The notes under the pieces: generated by a model
Told to the model about the DNA's origin: nothing
Databases searched by the model: none
What the model saw: only the letters and a program-made list of their open reading frames with translations
Position numbers and translations under genes: made by a program
Assembly (NCBI GenBank): GCA_036172245.1
Contig: JAYWIR010000029.1
Coordinates: 1,178,001-1,242,000 of the forward strand
Length of the DNA stretch: 64,000 nucleotides
Reading direction: 5' to 3'
Origin: Raillietiella orientalis
Taxonomy: Eukaryota
Part shown: piece after piece, positions 1-11,700 of the stretch
Position numbering within the stretch: the stretch's first letter is position 1
How the letters are laid out: each line of letters begins with the position of its first letter

Positions 1-2193
1 GAAAGCAGCTTGCTACTTAATTCATTATGGCTTTGAGCATACGTCAGGGGCAATTACCACGACAAGGTGTTTTTTTTTGTTGTTGTTGGCGGTGTTGTTG
101 TTGTTGTTTGAACAGCAAAAAAAACCGCAGGCAAAAAAAAATCTTTTCGTTTTCTCAAGATTGGGATTTACACCGCTGCGACATCCTCCCAAGCATACCC
201 AGAGATTTCTAGCAATTCAGTCTCGGGGAGAGAAACAAATCCTCGTTTTTTTTTTCATCTGGCAATTCTTCCCTGTTGCTGAGATCGAAGGTGCGATGCT
301 GCTGGTGCGGATGTGCAAGACGATTCCCACAGAGGGCGATCCCCCGCGAGCAGCAGAAAAAGCTGCGGTCCAAGTCTCCCGGCTTATCCTCGAGAGAACC
401 GTTGCTATGCAGCAGGGAGGCGCAGGGGCACGATTCTCCTTTGCGTAGTTCTCAAGCCAGGCTGATGGAAAGCAAATCCAATTTTCGTTAATCGGAATGG
501 AAGATGCACGCAAAATGCGTGCCCAGCTCTTCGGCAGTGATGCCACACGTTTAGGTATGCATCGTTCGCGAACGCATCAGAATAGGGCAGCTCATCATCA
601 ATCATGTCAGATTCTCCAGCCATAATTCATTCCCTGAGAATATATTAATAGTTTTTGAAAGTAGAGAAAACAACTTCAGCGTTAAATCAGAAGAACAAAA
701 GAAACCGTACGCTGTTGTGCTGCAGGAGGGGAGAACAGGGATCCGAATTTTACGTTTGGTTCGGTTTCAATGTACAACTCGAACCGAACTTGCTGTTTTG
801 TATATTTCCTGCATTTTGTGGCTTCGTTTTCCTCTTTGCTGCTCAGTAACTACAAACGGGGTGTCAGGGTACGAACACAATCAGGAAAAAACGATCCTCG
901 GTGAGGGCCGCTTGAGTTTCGGCATCTTCGGTGATGTACCCATGGATTCCGGGGGTGACGACGGCCGCCATCCTGAATGAGGTTTGAAGAAGGAGGATCT
1001 GTTTCCCCATCCTCCGAAAAATACAGGATCCTTCTCGAAAAAAGCCACGCTTTGTGACCAGCTGTCGTGTTGGTATGCCTCCCGAAAACTAGGAGCGGCC
1101 TTTAAAGTTCGGGGCACTTTTGGGGGACCTCAGTGACGAAACACGAAAGCACAAACCATTCGTGAAGTGTCTTCTCGAAATCAAAATTGCCACCGAAGGA
1201 GAGTACACGGTACTTCTTTCAGGCAGTGCTTGCATGGATCAATTCATTTACAAAGTGGCTGCAGATGATTTGATTTCTATTACTACTGATTCACGTTACG
1301 GGCATCTCCACAGCTCCCTTGTCTTTCGGTGTCCCGAACAGCAATGAGAGCATTCGATTTTCTATGGTAAATTAAGACTCTTTACAATCCAACAGCAGCC
1401 CCTCTCGGTGGCTGCTCTTCTAGAGAATTGATTGGATCGTTTGTTTGAATTGCCAAGTACTGTCAGAGCCTCTCAAAAAGGCTCCCGGCTATCCGAAAAG
1501 TGTTCAAGCATCATGTGCTTCCGAGATGAGAATACCGTCTGTACACAACACAAACGTGTTCGCATTTATAGCTGCCGTGTGCTCTGAATAGGACTTTGTA
1601 AGGGTGTGAAACTATGGAATGCCATTTCATGCGTTTCGCAACCGTGGAATGGTGACCAATACAGTCCATTTATGAAACGTGATCTCCTACATGACTTAGC
1701 GTGCGAAAATGCAGGAAACCGCTCATACGAAAAATCCATCAGCAACTGCACCAGGAACTAATCTCAGGCGCAGCAAAACAGTCCTGAATTAGATGCGTGA
1801 GTGTGCTTAATGTAACTATCCAGTATGGTACACGAAATCCTTGATCGCATGAGGCTGGTGTACCTCTCAGGTGTTTCCGACGGGAGCAGCCAAGGCTCGT
1901 TCGTCGAATTTGGAAAATGTTCCAATGCGAATAATGATAAATCACTGCATCAATGAGGAACAAAGGAGCTACAGTATTGCTTTCTGATTTATGCTTTGAT
2001 TTTGTCACCTACCTGGACATTGATTGCCATTCACACAGCATCAAGAAACAATAGCCAAGTTGACTGCCCGAATGCCAGCATGAGTGTTTCATCTCAGTAT
2101 TCAAGTACTTCGTGGCAGATAAAAAATGCTATCATAATTGCACACATGTCAAACATGTGTCGTCGTGCAGTTGATAAGCACAAATGACCACAA

Positions 2194-2585
2194 ATGTGGT
2201 ATGCTTATAATTTACCACCTTTATGTACGCATGGCTATAAATGAATGGGTTCAGTTGTAGTGATCGTCTCGAGTGTGCAAGAGTGTGCAAAGAGTTCACC
2301 TTTTTTAAAACATCCGTGTTCGTGCTTAACGATGCACATGCATCTGCGCGGCAATACGTGCATGCATCATTGGATGCATCACCGGACCAGGTAGAAAATG
2401 CGGAATACTGTGATGTATGTGGCATCCATACGGAATATCCGCTGGAAAAAGGACTTCTGAATGGTCTGTTCACTCCGGAGCGAGTGTGGGCAAACCAGAA
2501 CGAGTTAGCTTTTCGAGTTAGCTCAGAGTCGTTTCATTTTAAATATGGGAACAGTTCTTGGTCTATTTTTTTAAAAGAAGTCTGA
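2194..2585 (+). pseudogene. Short F-box-like protein, frameshifted near the N-terminus
   Basis: Joining frames across two probable 1-nt slips near 2220-2240 gives YNLPP-YVRMAI-MNGFSCSDRLECARVCKEF, matching the F-box pattern LPxE/YxxxxIxxxLxxxDLxxCxxVCKxW/F. A downstream CDVCG motif follows. Confidence 0.45.
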
Positions 2586-4010
2586 TTGCAATAAAATGTT
2601 AAATTCTTGAAGCTGGTAATCAGTTATCGTTGCTACTGTACACAACTATGACTCTCTTTCCTCCACTTTCATCCCTAGTGTTCCAATTTGAAAAATACTC
2701 TTTGGTCTTTCGTATGACTCATTCGATATTCCCGGAAGTCTGAGACCTCACACTTCGAGTTTCCAATCCCTGAATGCACGGAGTTTTCCACTGAAGAAGC
2801 ATCTCGGTCACTTCTTTCAGTCAAATCTTTCCCTTGACGCTTTCGTTGATGACTTGAGGTTGATCACTTGGTCTTCTGGTGATGTTTGTCGGGAGCGTTC
2901 ATCTTTCTCTCTCGATGCCGCTGGGTTCTGGACCTTAGAAATTGCCTCCTGAGAACAAAATTGGCATATCCAAAAAGTCTTCTGGGAACCGTAGTGAAGT
3001 GATCTCTCTGCCTTGTGTTGAACCAACCACCACGAACTCGTGGTATCAGATACGTTTAAGTGACGAGAAACATTGGTGCTTTCTGGGAATGTTTCCCTCT
3101 GGAAGGACATGCGTAGGTAAACCAGGACTCCTCAGTTGTCTCAATATATTGATGACATCGCATCTGGAAATCTAAATTCATCACCTTCGTTTCTCTTCAT
3201 GCTCTTGAGAGCTTTACGAAAATATATAAACTCGTGATCTCTTTTCCTCATCATTCCTGGAACCATACTTTATCTTGAGATGGCGAGCTGCACTTGCCTC
3301 TGGATCAGCTACTCCAAGGCGTCTTGAAACAGCAAGTAGCATCCGTGCTAAGGGAAGATATCGACGAGATGTTGTGAGATCAGATGCGTCCTGAGTCCGG
3401 TCGTTAGGTTCGTCTGCTGCTGCAATCTAACATTGGAAGATGACCTGAACTCGTCAATTTCCAATTTCTTTATCAGGAACACCTTCAGCTCCTGTGAGAA
3501 TCCAAACATGAGACTGATATCATATTCACTGGAAGATACTTCTGTCTGTAATGCTTCCCATAACAAGACTTCTCCCGTCGTTGTCTCCCTCTTCATAGCA
3601 AGAACAGAATAAAGGTGATCTTTCAGTAATCTTTCAGATGAAAATTTGAAGCTCAGATCTGGCACTCCGCGTTGATTGGTGGCCGTTCCTCAGTTCAGAA
3701 AGCTCCCTCGACCTTTGGCAGTTCCGAGATGGAAATGGTTGGATTTGCGCGAATGCCTCTTTTAGAATCTCTTCTTTGCTTAAGAGAACTAATGTGGAAA
3801 CCATGGAGCCTTTCCATGGAGACGTACCCTTCGTGGAGATTCCAAATCTACCACAAGTGGGGTTTGCATGCACGCACGATGTCACCCTCTCGCCGAATGA
3901 GCAAACTTGACTCTCGAACATCCCTCCAATCGACGTTCGACGTGCCGTTGATCGACGGCTCGTGACTACCTGATGAAGTGTTTGTTCACTTCGCTTGCCC
4001 TCATTCATTG
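2580..4010 (-). pseudogene. Decayed ORF with a degenerate C2H2 zinc finger and a second CxxC motif
   Basis: Around 3600-3668 the minus strand reads ECQI(tga)/SFKFSSERLLKDHLYSVL, i.e. C-x2-[C]-x3-F-x5-L-x2-H-x4-[H; ctt is one change from cat]. ORF pieces 3348-3665 and 2817-3110 (WICQFC) are in the same frame, separated by a few stops. Confidence 0.4.
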
Positions 4011-6450
4011 GTCAGCTTCCGCGTGCTTCGGAGAACAACTCAAATGGACTCCTGGAAGCTATATCAGTTGTCTCTTTCGGATGCCATCCACCCATCTACC
4101 GTTCTGCTTGGAGAGAGATCCGTGGAACATGCAGATCACGTAACTCTGAACTTACAGCGCTGGATGACCTCACTCGCTGACTCACGGCGTGTTAGAACAT
4201 TATCCAGCCGACAAATGCAGACAGAAGAAGAGTTTGATTACAAAGCTTGACCAGATTTTGCCATATATCCACACGTTGCTATGTATCCACGGTCTTTTTT
4301 GCACACCGTTACACACCCACACACCAGTCTTTTGCAGCCCATTTCATTCTTTCTCATCTGCATTCGGAGAGCTTTTAACGAATTTTTATTTTAAAAAGAA
4401 GTTACCTGCTCCTAAGCAATCAAAATAAAGATGAGATGAGGTGTGCAAGAAATAAACTTCCTCGAGCCTCCTGTTTCAGTCTTTATATCCAACTGAAGAG
4501 GGCTGGACTCGATTCGTGGTTGCCTTGTGCTGTTCCCTTTTCCGCCTTGCTGTCTGTGGTTCCTGGAGGATGGGAGATCGGAAATGCCCAGAGGTTTGAA
4601 AGCATGATAAGCTAAAGACGGTTGCCGTTCCTCAGAGGTCATCCCTTCACACCCGCCCAAAGAGGTGATGCAAAAAGTCAGCAATGCTGACTTTTTGCAT
4701 TCGCGGCGAAAAAGATCGTCACAGTAGGCTGCAGCAAAATCCCACTGATTGCTGACCTTCGTGCAAGCGGAATCATTAATTTTTTTGTGTGTGTTTGTCC
4801 CCTTTTTATTCTTTTTTTTTGTTGTTGTTTTTTGTTTTTTTGGAGTTCGAGCTCCAGCATTCTTCAAGACAGAATGCGAGCAGCCTTATTTCGAATGGTG
4901 AAATCCCTCATTCGGTAACCCTGGAAGGATTCCGTGGAGCATCCGTTTCTTCCCAGTGGGCACCGGAAGGTGTCTCGGCGTTCTTGAGCTAAGAATTGCT
5001 TCCTTTTCCTACTCGTGAGTGCGTGTCCAAGTATTCCATAGCAACATCGCTGGAGATATTTCCGAAACCAACCTAGGCGGCTCTTCCATTTGTCATCTCA
5101 CACTCTTGACGAAGCTGCTCGGGTTACTGGGAGTCTACTCGAAGGTTGCTTAGCCTCCGAGCGCAGTAAAGCGCAGGAGCTTCTTTCGTCCTCGTCCTCT
5201 CTCCTCATCTTCTTCGTATCCTTCCATCTCCCGGACCTGCGCAGACCGCCTTCACGAAGAATGAATTTTTCTTTTTCCTGCCTGCCTGACTTCGTCCTGT
5301 CAAGATGCTGACTGTCCAGAGCTTTCCAGATGCAACCTACTCTTGTATGGATGCCCTGGGTGCGGCTCGCGTTGGATGTCTCCGTTTCCATGGAGAGCAC
5401 GTGTAAAGAATAAGCAGTTTCCTCGCAGAGTTCTGCTTCTAAAAGCTCGACGCTTCTTGAAACTCTGGAAAATTTTGAAGCGCAACCCAGCAACTGTCTT
5501 CTTTCAGTTTCAAGAATGTCCGAGCCACATATCCGTTCCGTTTCAAGCTTCGACATTTCGAAGTTTGAGATTACACGTAAAAAAATTACCTGGAAGATGC
5601 GATTGATAGTGAATCTCCTCCATCTCCGGCACAAAGATTCAAAAGAATCAGGGGAACGGAGGTGAGGAAGGGATCACAAACAGAGGATGAAATCCAAAAT
5701 GCAATTTTTTAGAAGAAAAAAAAAAGCAACAGTGTGTTCTGGTATCCGGTATGGTCTTCTTCAAGAGATTATATGGTGTCACTTCTGGGTGGCACTGACT
5801 GGAAGGAGAGTCTGGAGATCGGAGTGAAATCTTCGAGTTGCTCCTTACGTTCTTCGGATTCGTACGCAATGATCCGGACCGCACGACCTGCTAACTGAAT
5901 CTGGGTCCGTTGCAAGCTAGAGAGAAAGAACAACGACAAGAACTTCTTCGTAGACCACCAGAAGACGAAGGAGGGAGCCTATAGAGTGAACCGCAGTCAA
6001 TGCATGTGGCATTATGTAGCGAGTTCTGCTCAACGGTTTGCGGAACTCTTCTTGGATACACTTCAACGGAATAGCTGCACTTCCAACAGCATGACGCAAT
6101 CTTAGAAAACAACATTATGAAATGAGTTGCAGCACTACCAATGCAAGAGAATGATCATGAGCACTCGACGGGCACCGGTGCACGTGCTCCAGCTAAGTAA
6201 TGGAATTTTTTTGGCTACCTTGGGAATTTCAAAAAGAGGACGATCGCAGCTGATGAGAACTGAGGATCGAATGCAGCATGCATGTAACTTGGCTTTGCAA
6301 TCAACGCGTTCTGTACATACTTTGCTATCTGTATGCTAATTATGTATAGCAGAACCATGAACATAGATGCACGATACTCATAATTCTATGCATATGCTCC
6401 AATTTCTAGGAATTTCATGGCCATAACTCCAAAGAAAGGATCACAGAAGG

Positions 6451-6906
6451 TTACACTTTACCTGCATTGTGTACGTGTGCATGTATCATAGACCGCAGAC
6501 ATAAATCTGACATTTTATTTTTTTTTGATGCAGATTTTGTATTTCCTGTGATGCGTGTGCACCAGATGTTTAGACAAGGCAAAACTACTTTCAGCGAGAT
6601 GACTGCATCCTGAATCGGATGGTCCTTCAGTTCAAATGATTTACGAGGCAAGGTAGCAACCCAGGGCAGCAACGCTCCTGGACGTCGGTTTGCCTGCCTA
6701 CAGATTACGCTGACTGAACACCACGACTTGCCTTCACATCCAGGGATTTTTCATCGGAGGCATACGATGGCAATGTTAGCAAAGTCTCCGTACCACAGAT
6801 CCAGCTTCTTGCCTCGAACGTGTCCATAGGTGTGGACGCCCACGTAGACTTCACCACGGGGCTTCCGGACATCACCACGGCCTCCGTGAATTGCTATCAT
6901 GGCCAT
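6451..6906 (-). pseudogene. ~150-codon ORF with one internal stop; unknown product with weak PC4-like resemblance
   Basis: MAMIAIHGGRGDVRKPRGEVYVGVHTYGHVRGKKLDLWYGDFANIAIVCLR*KIPGCEGKSW continues in frame into listed ORF 6451-6672. Confidence 0.3.
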
Positions 6907-7149
6907 GTGATGGCTGTCGCTACGCTGCTCTTACGCGAGTGAGCTGATGCACCGAGCACTCACTGTGCTGAGTCGCATCGGATCGAGAGCTGCTGTGCTG
7001 CATAACCCACTTAATTGGCTCAGCAGCGGTCTGGAACTTCGAACCAGCCCTTCATCGGGCGGAATGAGCTCACGAAGTTAAATAAAACTGACGTGATCTT
7101 TCGGAACCAATTTCATCTCCGGAGGTTCACGATGAATCGGAAATGTTGA

Positions 7150-7995
7150 GAAACGCGCAAAGAAACAAACAAAAAAAAAACGAGGCCTTTCCGCAGTGCG
7201 CGGTCCATTACTCGTTCTCTTGTGAATGGTGTAGGTGGAGAAGGGGAGGAGCCAAGAAACGACTCTTGATGAGGTACCTATGCGTGCCCAAAGATCGACA
7301 AGGATACTTGCAGAGCAGTGAAGTCCTGGATGGATATCACAACGACGGGAGAGCTAGGAGGAATTCATAAAGGATGAGAAGAGGAGCTTGGACGGGGAGC
7401 AAGAAGTCAATTCCTCACCCTCCAATCTGATCGCGCTCTCCCTTACTAAATCTCTCATCATTAGGCAGATGTGGGCCGCCAGGTCTCTGTGTTCACGGCA
7501 AACTCTGAAGAATAAGTTGTCAAGCTCAAACGTATCCATGGTGTTTCCGTCGCACTGCCTCGCTATTTTTCAGATTCGCCGACGTCTTGCACTCAAGAGC
7601 AATCTGTCAATTGTCATCGCTAACACGAGATGGTGGGATGGTTGGGCTTTTACTTTAGTCATCTGTTAAACAACCCCGATGTCAATGGCAACCGCATTCG
7701 GCAAGCCACTGTCGAAGAGGAAAAGATGCTGCAAAGCATCCAATGCGAATAAAACCGAAAGATCACGTTGCAGTCGATCAAAGGCTGGTTGATTGTCACG
7801 AAGAGTCCAGCGTTCTGATGCTGCTTTCAGGATCTTCTCCAAAGGTTGCACGCAAACTCGCGCAACAGCATCCAGGTTCCAGCAACGGCATCTATCATCA
7901 GATAGCTGTGGAGAACCGTCTTCTCCCTGGACCTTTTCGTACTGACCTCGGTCTTTGGTGCTCTGGAAGGTTCGCCCGCCACCCGTGGTCCTCAA
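7150..7995 (-). pseudogene. Decayed ORF of unknown function
   Basis: ORFs 7666-7995 and 7354-7539 are in the same frame with two intervening stops and read as globular protein (FDRLQRDLSVLFALDALQHLFLFD; MDTFELDNLFFRVCREHRDLAAHICLMM). Confidence 0.3.
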
Positions 7996-8625
7996 CTCGC
8001 TCTCTCAACGTGTGGTCACACGTGGCCGGCATCTTTCGAAGCGCGTTCTTGCTCCCGGCCCTTGGAGGTAACCCCGTCGCTGCGCAGCCGAGTGGGTCCT
8101 CCCCACCTCCCGGAGAAGGGTGGCTTGAAGGCAAAGCGTGTCTCCTGAGCCGCTCCACCGCCGCCGCCGCCGCCTCGTGGACGGTTCGCGAACCCGGCAG
8201 GTGACGGGAGACCTCTCCCTGGCCTCGGGACGAAGGAAGGGAAAAGGGTGGGGCGAAAAGGATTGCCTTCAAGAAGGGCGGACGAGAGACGAGAGAAGTG
8301 AGGGGGGGGCAAGCGAAACGGACTCTCCAGAGCGGCGTCTCCCGGGAGAAGGATCCCGCTAATAGAGCTGATTGCTTCTAATTGGAAGGTCAGTGGAAGA
8401 GGTTGCGCGCCATGCACCCGCGCAAGGGTCCCTGACGCGGTCGTCTTCCGGAGCGAGGCAGCGCAAGAGGCCACCACAACTTTCTATTCCTCGTGTGTCT
8501 TTTAGAGAGATTCGCTAATTGGCCGCTGGGAGGCGCGGGTCAAGTTCCCCGCGAAAATAAAAGTAGGCGGGCGCCTTTCGATTTCTTTCTTTCTTTTTTT
8601 TTTTTCTCCCGCTTGCAGCTTCCAC

Positions 8626-8632
8626 TATAAAA
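8626..8632 (+). promoter_or_regulatory. TATA box of Tweedle gene 1
   Basis: TATAAAA in GC-rich context, ~30 nt before an Inr-like ATAGT and ~150 nt upstream of the ATG at 8780. Confidence 0.65.
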
Positions 8633-8779
8633 ATGTACCACCGAGTGGAGAGCTCGCCATAGTGATCGGACGCACTCACCGGACACGGGCGGGAGTGGAC
8701 ACTTGGGAGCGCGAAGAGGGAAGCAAGAAAGGAGCGAAAGAGGAGGAAAAGAGGAAGTGGAGGAAAAGGAAGGACATCG

Positions 8780-10588
8780 ATGGCTCGCTCCGTGGTGAGT
8801 TGCCCTCTCGCTCCCCCCCTCTGTCCCCACATCTCTTTACCCTCCGCACCCCCTCCTTCCCGCGCCCACCGCCCCTGGAGCGAGCGGTGGAAAGTGGGGC
8901 AGGAGACGATCTTCTTTCCCTCACGCACGCGCCGCGAGAATCTCTCCCTTCCTCCTTCCTCAACCCTTCCTCAACCACCGCGCAACTCTTTCCGCCTACC
9001 CGTGCCGAGAGGACGTTGGGAGTGGGGGAGGAGCTGGCGGAGGGAGTATCCCTCAGGAATGCTTCGCTCCCAGCTACGTCCGCCAGAAGGGATCTCGAAG
9101 GAGGAATGAGGGAAGCGGAATGTTCGGCGAAAGAGATCGGCATCCCAGGATCTTCCCGGATTCAAAAATTCCTCCCCTGATTGTCGTTCCTCCGACCTCC
9201 CTGTCGCATCCGAGGACGATCGAGACAGTCCTCGGAAGGTGGTCTAGGTCCGCAGATGGGGTGCCGTTTCCGTCCGCCCACCCGGATGTCCTCCGCGAAA
9301 TTGAGGACGCAGAATGGAACCCCTTGGGAAGATGGGTGGAGAAAAGGACAGATGCCCTCCTTGGAGACGCCTGTCCTCCGGAAACGGAACCTCTCCTTGG
9401 ATGTCTTCCCGTTCGGATCCACTCTCTCCTCCATCTGCGGGAGAAAGCGGGATGGCAGAAGAATCCCCTTCCCCTATCCGCTTCCGTGTTGCCGGTGGAC
9501 GGTCTGCGCGGCGTCCAAGCATGGGGGAGGAAGAGGGAGGGAACAACCCATGGAACAGTCCCTAATCCTGTCCTCGCTAATCCTTGTGCAGCCCGCTTCT
9601 GCAGAACACCACCGCCTCTGTCGACACCGCCACGCGGAGTCGCCACGCGGCTGATGGCAGAGGCTTGCCCGAGGGCTCTCTCCGCTTCCGGTCGGAGCGG
9701 TCTCCTAGCAACCCGGGGTGGGAGTAGTCCGGTCGGGTTAAGAACGGAGTCCGACGACGTAAGGGCGCGTTGCGAAGCAGAAATCGACTCCGAAGCATTT
9801 CCCGCCTCCACGGACCCAGCGTGGCGCCGCCATCCCCTTCCGCGTCCTGCGACCGGCGTTCCGTTCCAACCGCCCATCTGTTGCAGATCGCTCTGCTACT
9901 GGCACTGGCCGCTGGCACTCTCTCGGTGACCGCCCAGTACTCCGCTGGCGTCAGACCCGGCCAACGAACCCAGCCCTACCGCCCTAGGCAGCAGCAGACG
10001 TACTCCTCGGCCCAGTCCGTCTCCTCCAAGTACGGGCAGCCTCCTTCCCCCCAGGCGCAAGGACCGCCGTACTCCTTCGGCACCTCCCAGTACGAAGGGC
10101 AGCCGTCCTTCGGGGCATCGAGGGTGTCTGGACCTCCTGCGCCTCCCCCGGAAGAGGACACCCCCTACCGGCCAGCCTCCTCCGCGACGGCCTCCCAGCA
10201 GTTCCCACGCCCGCTAACCGAGGTCATCCACAAGCACATCTTCGCCTTCGTAGGCGCCGACGAGCCCGAGCAGCCCCCGATCCGAGTGCCCTACGACATC
10301 CCCAAAGAGAAGCACTACAAGATCCTCTTCATCAAGGCTCCGGGACAGCAGTCTCCGCGGATCGACCTGCCTCCGGTGCCTCCCCCGCCGGAGGTGCGCA
10401 CCCTCGTGTACCTGCTGACCCCTGTGGCGAAGGCGCCTTACGTGCCGCCCCTGCAGCAGGCCCCGACCCCGAAACCGCCTCCACCTAAAGTCTTCTTCAT
10501 CAAGTACGACCCGAGAAAGGGAGGGGTGCAGAACCAGCCCGCCTCAGGATTCCTCTCCCCCTCCATTGTCCGCGGGCAAACTTACTAG
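8780..10588 (+). CDS. Tweedle-family (DUF243/DM5) secreted cuticular protein, ~238 aa; exons 8780-8794 and 9887-10588
   Basis: Exon 1 ATGGCTCGCTCCGTG|GTGAGT, acceptor TTGCAG at 9886. Signal peptide MARSV-IALLLALAAGTLSVTA. Four Tweedle blocks: HKHIFAFV, KHYKILFIKAP, RTLVYLL, PKVFFIKY. AATAAA at 10616-10621. Confidence 0.9.
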
Positions 10589-11700
10589 GCGCAGCGCCCC
10601 GTCGCGACGCGGGAAAATAAATGCGCCTTGATGCCCACGCAATCCGTTCCTTGGAGGAGCGCGCGAGACTTGTCCCGCAAAGGGAAGGAAAAGGGGAGGG
10701 GGGAGAGCCTGGAAACGGAGAGCACAGAAAGTGGGGGCGGGCTGTCGCCGAACGGAAGTGCCGCCGCTCGATGGTTCCTGCTGGAGGGGCGTCCCTTCCT
10801 GCAGTCCGCTCCCGGGGTCACCTCCCTCGCCCTTCCTCACGCAGATGGGAAAGGAGCCAGCGAAAAAGCAGCTCCAGAGCAGCAGTCCCCCGCCCCCCTC
10901 CCACCCAGAGCCATCCGGCCAAGGCGCGCGCGAGCAGAGAGCCTCCGGGAGCGCGGCCTCGACTGGCTAGTCGTTCACGCAGCCGCGGCGGCCCGGAAAC
11001 GCGCGCGTAAGCGCAAGTGCAGGAGGAGAGCGCGCTTCCTGTTGCCGTCTGTCACGCTCGGCGGTCCGGACGACTCGGCGCTTTCCTCGAGGCGATTTGA
11101 AGACGAGCGGCGCGCGGGCCGTGACGGGCCGCGAGGGGCGCACCCCACTCCAAGGTAGCAGGAGCGAGCGTCCCCCATCCGTCCGCAGGCTTGCGAGGAG
11201 TCCCTTGGGAAGGAAAAGAAGGGGGGGCGCCCGTGCAAGCTGCATCCTCAGCGGGCCGGTGGCGCGTAACGCGCGTGCGAAGAACCTGCTGCGCTGCTGC
11301 GCCGGCCTCAGCAGCAGGCTATTTATAGATTCCAAGAGATCCGCTGACGGAGCCTCCTCGCTCGGAAAGCCAAATTCTACAGGCCGCTTGCGAGCCAACA
11401 GCGCCGAGCTCGTGCGCCAGGAAAGGCTTCATGACGCTCCGTGACCACTGCAGCAGCGGGACTATCCCGAGCCTGCGCCGGCACTTCGTCCGAGCGCCTG
11501 CGGGCAGCACGAGCCGTTGCCGTATGCGCTCTTTGGCAGAAGCGAAAACCATCACTGGAGTATCCGTCGTATCCGCGCTCCCGAGAAAGCGCGGCAGCTC
11601 CTGGAAAGTCATGCATTCCAGGGTTGCGTAGCAGCTCGGTTGCCAACCGGGCCCCGTCCCTCTCAGGGCGTGTGGAAGGTGGGCTCTCTCGCCGGTCCAC

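Larger units (their letters stand above)
200..8000. mobile_element. Cluster of closely packed, apparently intronless, decayed ORFs on both strands; possible relic of a large DNA transposon or endogenous DNA virus
   Basis: Long protein-like reading frames broken only by scattered stops or frameshifts: ~217-623 (-), ~860-2190 (+), ~2194-2585 (+), ~2580-4010 (-), ~5098-6115 (-), 6451-6906 (-), ~7150-7995 (-). No hallmark replicase or capsid gene was recognised, so the mobile origin is inferred. Confidence 0.3.

Noticed and set aside
9770..9886. N-terminal extension of ORF 9770-10588 (and likewise 23252-23398 of the second Tweedle ORF)
   Set aside because: These are intronic; splice acceptors and upstream 5-codon exons give proper signal peptides.
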